This document shows positions 54,101-64,000 of a DNA stretch of 64,000 nt, piece by piece. A model generated the notes under the pieces. It saw only the letters and a program-made list of their open reading frames with translations. It was not told the origin of the DNA and searched no databases. Numbering within the stretch: the stretch's first letter is position 1; each line of letters starts with the position of its first letter. Location: positions 20,088,001 to 20,152,000 of the forward strand of contig OZ024740.1 of assembly GCA_964016885.1 (NCBI GenBank). Reading direction: 5' to 3'. A program made the translations under genes and the position numbers. The stretch is from Eledone cirrhosa. Taxonomy: Eukaryota.

Positions 54101-57100
54101 ACTGTCTGATACCCAGTTCCAATGTCTGATACCCAGTTCCAATGTCTGATACCCATTCCAATGTCTGATACCCAGTTCCAATATCTGATACCCAGTTCCA
54201 ATGTCTGAGACCCAGTTCCAATGTTTGATACCCAGTTCCAATGTTTGATACCCAGTTCCAATATCTGATTCCCAGTACCACTGTCTGATACCCATTCGAA
54301 TGTCTGATACCCAGTTCCAATGTCTGATACCCAGTTCCAATGTCTGATACCCAGTTCCAATGTCTGATACACAGTTCCAATGTTTGATACCCAGTTCCAA
54401 TGTCTGATACCTAGTTGCAATGTTTGATACCCAGTTCCAATATCTGATACCCAGTTCCAATATCTGATACCCAGTTCCAATGTCTGATACCCAGTTCCAA
54501 TATCTGCTACCCAGTTCCAATGTCTGATACCCAGTTCCAATGTATGATACCCAGTTCCAATGTCTGATACCCAGTTCCAATGTCTGATACCTAGTTCCAA
54601 TGTTTGATACCCAGTTCCAATGTTTGATACCCAGTTCCAATATCTGATACCCAGTTCCAATGTCTGATACCCAGTTCCAATGTCTGATACCTAGTTCCAA
54701 TGTTTGATAACCAGTTCCAATGTTTGATACCCAGTTCCAGTATCTGATACCCAGTTTCAATGTCTCATACCTAGTTACAATCTCTGATACCCAGTTCCAA
54801 TGTTTGATACCCAGTTCCAATGTCTGATACCCAGTTCCACTGTCTGATACCCATTCGAATGTCTGATACCCAGTTCCCATGTCTGATACCCATTCGAATG
54901 TCTGATACCCAGGTCCAATGTCTGATACCTAGTTCCAATGTCTGATACCCAGTTCCAATGTCTGATACCCAGTTCCAATGTTTGATACCCAGTTCCAATG
55001 TCTGATAACTAGTTCCAATGTCTGATACCCAGTTCCAATGTTTGATGCCCAGTTCCAATGTCTGATACCTGGTTCCAATGTCTGATACCCAGTTCCAATA
55101 TCTGATACCTGGTTCCAATGTCTTATACCCAGTTTCCAATGTCTGATAAGCAGTTCCAATGTTTGATACCCAGTTCCAATGTCTGATACCCAGTTCCAAT
55201 GTCTGATACCCAGTTTCAATATCTGATACCCAGTTCCAATGTCTGATACCCAGTTCCAATGTATGATACCCAGTTCCAATGTCTGATACCCAGTTCCAAT
55301 GTTTGATATCCAGTTCCAATGTCTGATACCCAGTTCTAATGTTTGATACACAATTCCAATGTCTGATACCCAGTTCCAATGTTTGATACACAGTTCCAAT
55401 GTTTGATACCCAGTTCCAATGTCTGATACCTAGTTCCAATGTTTGATACCCAGTTCCAATGTTTGATACCCAGCTCCAATATCTGATACCTAGTTCCAAT
55501 GTTTGCTACCCAGTTCCAATGTTTGATACCCAGTTCCAATATCTGATACGCAGTTCCAATATCTGATACCAAGTTCCAATGTTTGATACCCAGGTCCAAT
55601 GTCTGATACCCAGTTCCAATGTCTGATACCCAGTCCAATGTCTGATACCCATTCCAATGTCTGATACCCAGTTCCAATGTCTGATACCCAGTTCCAAAGT
55701 TTGATACCCAGTTTCAATGTTTCATACCCAGTTCCAATGTCTGATACCTAGTTCCAATGTCTGATACCCAGTTGCAATGTCTGATACCCAGTTCCAATGT
55801 CTGATACCCAGTTCCAATGTCTGATACCCAGTTCCACTGTCTGATACCCAGTTCCAATGTCTCTTACCCAGTTCCAATGTCTGATACCCATTCCAATGTC
55901 TGATACCCAGTTCCAATGTCTGATACCCAGTTCCAATGTCTGAGACCCAGTTCCAATGTCTGATACCCAGTTCCAATGTTTGATACCCAGTTCCAATGTC
56001 TTATACCCAGTTCCAATGTCTGATACCTAGTTCCAATGTTTGATACCCAGTTCCAATGTTTGATACCCAGTTCCAATATCTGATACCCAGTACCACTGTC
56101 TGATACCCATTCGAATGTCTGATACCAGATTCCAATGTCTGATACCCAGTTCCAATGTCTGATACCCAGTTCCAATGTCTGATACACAGTTCCAATGTTT
56201 GATACCCAGTTCCAATGTCTGATACCCAGTTCCAATGTTTGATAACCAGTTCCAATGTTTGATACCTAGTTCCAATGTCTGATACCTAGTTCCAATGTTT
56301 GATACCTAGTTCTAATGTCTGATACCCAGTTCCAATGTTTGATACCTAGTTCCAATGTTTGATACCCAGTTCCAATGTTTCATACCCAGTTCCAATGTCT
56401 GATACCCAGTTCCAATGTCGGATACCCAGTTTCAATGTTTGATACCCAGTTCCAATGTTTGATACCCAGTTCCAATGTCTGATACCCAGTTCCAATGTCT
56501 GATACCTAGTTCGAATGTTTGATACCCAGTTCCAATGTCTGATACCCAATTCCAATGTTTGATACCCAGTTCCAATGTCTGATCCCCAGTTCCAATATCT
56601 GATACCCAGTTCCAATATCTGATACCCAGTTCCAATGTTTGATACCCAGTTCCAATGTCTGATACCCTGTTCCAATGTCTGATACCCAGTTCCAATGTTT
56701 GATACCCAGTTCCAATATCTGATACCCAGTTCAAATGTCTGATACCCAGTTCCAATGTCTGATACCCAGTTCCAATGTCTGATACCCAGTTCCAATATCT
56801 GATACGCAGTTCCAATGTCTGATACCCAATTCCAATGTCTGATACCCAATTCCAATGTCTGATACTCAGTTCCAATATCTGATACCCAGTTCCAATATAT
56901 GTTACCCAGTTCCAATATCTGATACCCAGTTCCAATGTCTGATACCCAGTTCCAATGTCTGATACCCAGATCCAATGTCTGATACCCAGTTCCAATGTCT
57001 GATACCCAGTTCCAATGTCTGATACCCAGTTCCAATATCTGATACCCAGTTCCAATATCTGATACCTAGTTCCAATGTCTGATAGCCAGTTCCAATGTCT

Positions 57101-60100
57101 GATACGCAGTTCCAATGTATGATACCTAGTTCCAATGTCTGATACCCAGTTCCAATGTATGATACCAAGTTCCAATGTCTGATACCTAGTTCCAATGTCT
57201 GATACCCAATTCCAATGTCTGATACTCAGTTCCAATGTCTGATACCCAGTTCCAATGTCTGATACCCAGTTCCAATGTCTGATACCCAGTTCCAATGTCT
57301 GATACCTAGTTCCAATGTCTGATACCCAGTTCCAATGTTTGATACCCAGTTCCAATGTCTGATACCCAGTTCCAATGTATGATACCTAGTTCGAATGTTT
57401 GATACCCAGTTCCAATGTCTGATACCCAGTTCCAATGTTTGATACACAGTTCCAATGTCTGATCCCCAGTTCCAATATCTGATACCCAGTTCCAATATCT
57501 GATACCCAGTTCCAATGTTTGATACCCAGTTCCAATATCTGATACCCAGTTCCAATATCTGATACCCTGTTCCAATGTCTGATACCCAGTACCAATGTTT
57601 GATACCCAGTTCCAATGTCTGATACCCAGTTCCAATGTTTGATACCTAGTTCCAATGTTTGATACCCAGTTCCAATGTTTGATACCCAGTTCCAATGTCT
57701 GATACCTAGTTCCAATGTTTGATACCTAGTTCCAATGTCTGATACCCAGTTCCAATGTTTCATAACCAGTTCCAATATCCTATACACAGTTCCGATGTCT
57801 GATGCCCAGTTCCAATGTTTGATACCTAGTTCCAATGTCTGATACCCAGTTCCAATGTTTGATACCCAGTTCCAATGTTTGATACCCAGTTCCAATATCT
57901 GATACCCAGTTCAAATGTCTGGTACCCAGTTCCAATGTCTGATACCCAGTCCCAATATCTGATACCCAGTTCCAATATCTGATACGCAGTTCCAATGTCT
58001 GACACCCAATTCCAATGTCTGATACCCAGTTCCAATGTCTGATACTCAGTTCCAATATCTGATACCCAGTTCCAATGTATGATACATAGTTCCAATATCT
58101 GATACCCAGTTCCAATGTCTGATACCCAGTTCCAATGTCTGATACCCAGTTCCAATGTCTGATACCCAGTTCCAATGTCTGATACCCAGTTCCAAAGTTT
58201 GATACCCAGTTCCAATGTTTCATACCCAGTTCCAATGTCTGATACCTAGTTCCAATGTCTGATACCCAGTTGCAATGTCTGATACCCAGTTCCAATGTCT
58301 GATACCCAGTTCCAATGTCTGATACCCAGTTCCACTGTCTGATACCCAGTTCCAATGTCTCTTACCCAGTTCCAATGTCTGATACCCATTCCAATGTCTG
58401 ATACCCAGTTCCAATGTCTGATACCCAGTTCCAATGTCTGAGACCCAGTTCCAATGTCTGATACCCAGTTCCAATGTTTGATACCCAGTTCCAATGTCTT
58501 ATACCCAGTTCCAATGTCTGATACCTAGTTCCAATGTTTGATACCCAGTTCCAATGTTTGATACCCAGTTCCAATATCTGATACCCAGTACCACTGTCTG
58601 ATACCCATTCGAATGTCTGATACCAGATTCCAATGTCTGATACCCAGTTCCAATGTCTGATACCCAGTTCCAATGTCTGATACACAGTTCCAATGTTTGA
58701 TACCCAGTTCCAATGTCTGATACCTAGTTCCAATGTTTGATACCCAGTTCCAATATCTGATACCCAGTTCCAATATCTGATACCCAGTTCCAATGTCTGA
58801 TGCCCAGTTCCAATGTCTGATACCCAGTTCCAATGTCTGATACCCAGTTCCAATATCTGATACCTGGTTCCAATGTCTGATACCCAGTTCCAATGTCTGA
58901 TACGCAGTTCCAATATTTCATACCCAGTTCCAATGTCTGATACCCAGTTCCAATGTCTGATACCCAGTTCCAATATCTGATACCCAGTTCCAATGTCTGA
59001 TACCCAGTTCCAATGTATGATACCCAGTTCCAATGTCTGATACCCAGTTCCAATGTCTGATACCTAGTTCCAATGTTTGATACCCAGTTCCAATGTTTGA
59101 TACCCAGTTCCAATATCTGATACCCAGTTCCAATGTCTGATACCCAGTTCCAATGTCTGATACCTAGTTCCAATGTTTGATAACCAGTTCCAATGTTTGA
59201 TACCCAGTTCCAGTATCTGATACCCAGTTCCAATGTCTCATACCTAGTTCCAATCTCTGATACCCAGTTCCAATGTTTGATACGCAGTTCCAATGTCTGA
59301 TACCCAGTTCCACTGTCTGATACCCATTCGAATGTCTGATACCCAGATCCCATGTCTGATACCCATTCGAATGTCTGATACCCAGTTCCAGTGTCTGATA
59401 CCCAGTTCCAATATTTGATACCCAGTTCCAATGTTTGATACCCAGTTCCAATGTCTGATACCCATTTCCAATGTCTGATACGCAGTTCCAATGTTTGATA
59501 CCCAGTTCCAATGTCTGATACACATTCCAATGTTTGATACCCAGTTCCAATGTCTGATACCCAGTTCCAATGTCTGATACGCAGTTCCAAAGTCTGATAC
59601 CCAGTTCCAATGTCTGATACGCAGTTCCAATGTCTGATACCCAGTTGCAATGTCTGATACCCAGTTCCAATGTCTGATACCCAGGTCCAATGCCTGATAC
59701 CCAGTTCCAATGTTTGATATCCAGTTCCAATGTTTGATACCCAGTTCCAATGTCTGATACGCAGTTCCAATGTCTGATACCCAGTTCCAATGTCTGATAC
59801 CCAGTTCCAATATCTGATACCCAGTTCCAATGCCTGATACCCAGTTCCAATGTTTGATACCCAGTTCCAATGTTTGATACCCAGTTCCAATGTCTGATAC
59901 CCAGTTACAATGTCTGATACCCATTCCAATATCTGATACCCAGTTCCAATGTCTGATACCCAGTTCCAATGTCTGATACCCAGTTCCAATGTCTGATACC
60001 CAGTTCCAATGCCTGATACCCAGTTCCAATGTTTGATACCCAGTTCCAATGTTTGATACCCAGTTCCAATGTCTGATACCCAGTTCCAATGTCTGATACC

Positions 60101-63100
60101 CATTCCAATATCTGATACCCAGTTCCAATGTTTGATACCCAGTTCCAATGTTTGATACCCAGTTCCAATGTCTGATACCCAGTTCCAATGTCTGATACCC
60201 AGTTCCTATATTTGATACTCAGTTCCAATGTCTGATACCTAGTTCCAATGTCTGATACGCAGTTCCAATGTCTGATACCCAGTTCCACTGTCTGATACCC
60301 AGTTCCAATGCCTGATACCCAGTTCCAATGTTTGATACCCAGTTCCAATGTTTGATACCAAGTTCCAATGTCTGATACCCAGGTCCAATGTCTGATACCT
60401 AGTTCCAATGTCTGATACCCAGTTCCAATGTCTGATACCCAGTTCCAATGTTTGATACCCAGTTCCAATGTCTGATAACTAGTTCCAATGTCTGATACCC
60501 AGTTCCAATGTTTGATACCCAGTTCTAATGTCTGATACGCAGTTCCAATGTTTGATACCCAGTTCCAATGTCTGATACCCAGTTCAAATATCTGATACCC
60601 AGTTCCAATGTCTGATGCCCAGTTCCAATGTCTGATACCTGGTTCCAATGTCTGATACCCAGTTACAATGTCTGATAAGCAGTTCCAATGTTTGATACCC
60701 AGTTCCAATGTCTGATACCCAGTTCCAATGTCTGATACCCAGTTTCAATATCTGATACCCAGTTCCAATGTCTGATACCCAGTTCCAATGTATGATACCC
60801 AGTTCCAATGTCTGAGACCCAGTTCCAATGTCTGATACCCAGTTCCAATGTTTGATACCCAGTTCCAATGTCTTATACCCAGTTCCAATGTCTGATACCT
60901 AGTTCCAATGTTTGATACCCAGTTCCAATGTTTGATACCCAGTTCCAATATCTGATACCCAGTACCACTGTCTGATACCCATTCGAATGTCTGATACCAG
61001 ATTCCAATGTCTGATACCCAGTTCCAATGTCTGATACCCAGTTCCAATGTCTGATACACAGTTCCAATGTTTGATACCCAGTTCCAATGTCTGATACCTA
61101 GTTCCAATGTTTGATACCCAGTTCCAATATCTGATACCCAGTTCCAATATCTGATACCCAGTTCCAATGTCTGATGCCCAGTTCCAATGTCTGATACCCA
61201 GTTCCAATGTCTGATACCCAGTTCCAATATCTGATACCTGGTTCCAATGTCTGATACCCAGTTCCAATGTCTGATAACCAGTTCCAAAGTTTGATACCGA
61301 GTTCCAATGTTTGATACCCAGTTCCAATGTCTCATACCTAGTTCCAATGTCTGATACCCAGTTGCAATGTCTGATACCCAGTTCCAATGTCTGATACCCA
61401 GTTCCTATGTCTGATACCCAGTTCCACTGTCTGATACCCAGTTCCAATGTCTGATACCCAGTTCCAATGTCTGATACCCATTCCAATGTCTGATACCCAG
61501 TTCCAATATCTGATACCCAGTTCCAATGTCTGAGACCCAGTTCCAATGTTTGATACCCAGTTCCAATGTTTGATACCCAGTTCCAATATCTGATTCCCAG
61601 TACCACTGTCTGATACCCATTCGAATGTCTGATACCCAGTTCCAATGTCTGATACCCAGTTCCAATGTCTGATACCCAGTTCCAATGTCTGATACACAGT
61701 TCCAATGTTTGATACCCAGTTCCAATGTCTGATACCTAGTTGCAATGTTTGATACCCAGTTCCAATATCTGATACCCAGTTCCAATATCTGATACCCAGT
61801 TCCAATGTCTGATACCCAGTTCCAATATCTGCTACCCAGTTCCAATGTCTGATACCCAGTTCCAATGTATGATACCCAGTTCCAATGTCTGATACCCAGT
61901 TCCAATGTCTGATACCTAGTTCCAATGTTTGATACCCAGTTCCAATGTTTGATACCCAGTTCCAATATCTGATACCCAGTTCCAATGTCTGATACCCAGT
62001 TCCAATGTCTGATACCTAGTTCCAATGTTTGATAACCAGTTCCAATGTTTGATACCCAGTTCCAGTATCTGATACCCAGTTTCAATGTCTCATACCTAGT
62101 TACAATCTCTGATACCCAGTTCCAATGTTTGATACCCAGTTCCAATGTCTGATACCCAGTTCCACTGTCTGATACCCATTCGAATGTCTGATACCCAGTT
62201 CCCATGTCTGATACCCATTCGAATGTCTGATACCCAGGTCCAATGTCTGATACCTAGTTCCAATGTCTGATACCCAGTTCCAATGTCTGATACCCAGTTC
62301 CAATGTTTGATACCCAGTTCCAATGTCTGATAACTAGTTCCAATGTCTGATACCCAGTTCCAATGTTTGATGCCCAGTTCCAATGTCTGATACCTGGTTC
62401 CAATGTCTGATACCCAGTTCCAATATCTGATACCTGGTTCCAATGTCTTATACCCAGTTTCCAATGTCTGATAAGCAGTTCCAATGTTTGATACCCAGTT
62501 CCAATGTCTGATACCCAGTTCCAATGTCTGATACCCAGTTTCAATATCTGATACCCAGTTCCAATGTCTGATACCCAGTTCCAATGTATGATACCCAGTT
62601 CCAATGTCTGATACCCAGTTCCAATGTTTGATATCCAGTTCCAATGTCTGATACCCAGTTCTAATGTTTGATACACAATTCCAATGTCTGATACCCAGTT
62701 CCAATGTTTGATACACAGTTCCAATGTTTGATACCCAGTTCCAATGTCTGATACCTAGTTCCAATGTTTGATACCCAGTTCCAATGTTTGATACCCAGCT
62801 CCAATATCTGATACCTAGTTCCAATGTTTGCTACCCAGTTCCAATGTTTGATACCCAGTTCCAATATCTGATACGCAGTTCCAATATCTGATACCAAGTT
62901 CCAATGTTTGATACCCAGGTCCAATGTCTGATACCCAGTTCCAATGTCTGATACCCAGTCCAATGTCTGATACCCATTCCAATGTCTGATACCCAGTTCC
63001 AATGTCTGATACCCAGTTCCAAAGTTTGATACCCAGTTTCAATGTTTCATACCCAGTTCCAATGTCTGATACCTAGTTCCAATGTCTGATACCCAGTTGC

Positions 63101-64000
63101 AATGTCTGATACCCAGTTCCAATGTCTGATACCCAGTTCCAATGTCTGATACCCAGTTCCACTGTCTGATACCCAGTTCCAATGTCTCTTACCCAGTTCC
63201 AATGTCTGATACCCATTCCAATGTTTGATACCCAGTTCCAATGTCTGATACCCAGTTCCAATGTCTGAGACCCAGTTCCAATGTCTGATACCCAGTTCCA
63301 ATGTTTGATACCCAGTTCCAATGTCTTATACCCAGTTCCAATGTCTGATACCTAGTTCCAATGTTTGATACCCAGTTCCAATGTTTGATACCCAGTTCCA
63401 ATATCTGATACCCAGTACCACTGTCTGATACCCATTCGAATGTCTGATACCAGATTCCAATGTCTGATACCCAGTTCCAATGTCTGATACCCAGTTCCAA
63501 TGTCTGATACACAGTTCCAATGTTTGATACCCAGTTCCAATGTCTGATACCTAGTTCCAATGTTTGATACCCAGTTCCAATATCTGATACCCAGTTCCAA
63601 TATCTGATACCCAGTTCCAATGTCTGATGCCCAGTTCCAATGTCTGATACCCAGTTCCAATGTCTGATACCCAGTTCCAATATCTGATACCTGGTTCCAA
63701 TGTCTGATACCCAGTTCCAATGTCTGATAACCAGTTCCAATGTTTGATACCCAGTTCCAGTATCTGATACCCAGTTCCAATGTCTCATACCTAGTTCCAA
63801 TCTCTGATACCCAGTTCCAATGTTTGATACGCAGTTCCAATGTCTGATACCCAGTTCCACTGTCTGATACCCATTCGAATGTCTGATACCAAGATCCCAT
63901 GTCTGATACCCATTCGAATGTCTGATACCCAGTTCCAGTGTCTGATACCCAGTTCCAATGTTTGACACCCAGTTCCAATGTCTGATGCCCATTCCAATGT
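51191..64000. repeat. Mosaic A-B-A satellite region built from duplicated blocks
   Basis: A-type at ~51,200-56,215, B-type at ~56,220-58,180 and A-type at ~58,190-64,000. The blocks match earlier sequence at fixed offsets (6,987/7,325; 21,989/21,651; 28,976). Confidence 0.85.

Larger units (their letters stand above)
7473..64000. repeat. 20-bp tandem satellite array (consensus TTCCAATGTCTGATACCCAG), ~2,800 monomers, continuing beyond the window
   Basis: Uninterrupted head-to-tail monomers in one orientation, mostly 0-2 substitutions each, with occasional 19- and 21-mers and no foreign insertion seen. Confidence 0.99.

Noticed and set aside
7448-63997. Hundreds of minus-strand ORFs up to 754 aa (ELGIRHWNWVSDIGTGYQTL repeats)
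   Set aside because: All three frames give the same peptide because a stop-free 20-mer is repeated. Stops and frameshifts follow satellite variants, and most starts are non-ATG.
7473-64000. CRISPR array
   Set aside because: Monomers are contiguous with no unique spacers, there are no cas genes, and the context is eukaryotic.
7473-64000. Telomerase-added telomeric repeat
   Set aside because: The strand running away from the unique flank is C-rich, the wrong polarity. Variants are inherited in kb-scale blocks, as expected of recombination rather than templated addition.
7473-64000. CCAAT and GATA transcription-factor sites in every monomer
   Set aside because: Only the cores match (TTCCAATGT, TGATAC); the flanks do not fit the NF-Y or WGATAR consensus, and there is no functional evidence.

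Overview
Eukaryotic, gene-free window with two parts. Bases 1-7472 are an AT-rich patchwork of decayed mobile elements and microsatellites. It holds tRNA-derived SINEs, three copies of a non-autonomous element sharing its 3' tail with a neighbouring RTE LINE, an RLE-type (R2/R4/NeSL-like) LINE fragment, a probable Tx1/L1 ORF2 relic, two MITEs and a near-canonical minimal hammerhead ribozyme motif. The repeat content resembles an octopus/cephalopod genome (inference from recalled families). From 7473 to the window end (56.5 kb, about 2,800 monomers) runs an uninterrupted 20-bp satellite, TTCCAATGTCTGATACCCAG. The satellite has a ~2.8-3.5 kb higher-order repeat, two domains with different variant sets, and kb-scale block duplications at offsets of 3,470, ~7,000 and 28,976 bp. 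The hundreds of minus-strand ORFs over the array are artefacts of a stop-free 20-mer. No intact host gene was found.
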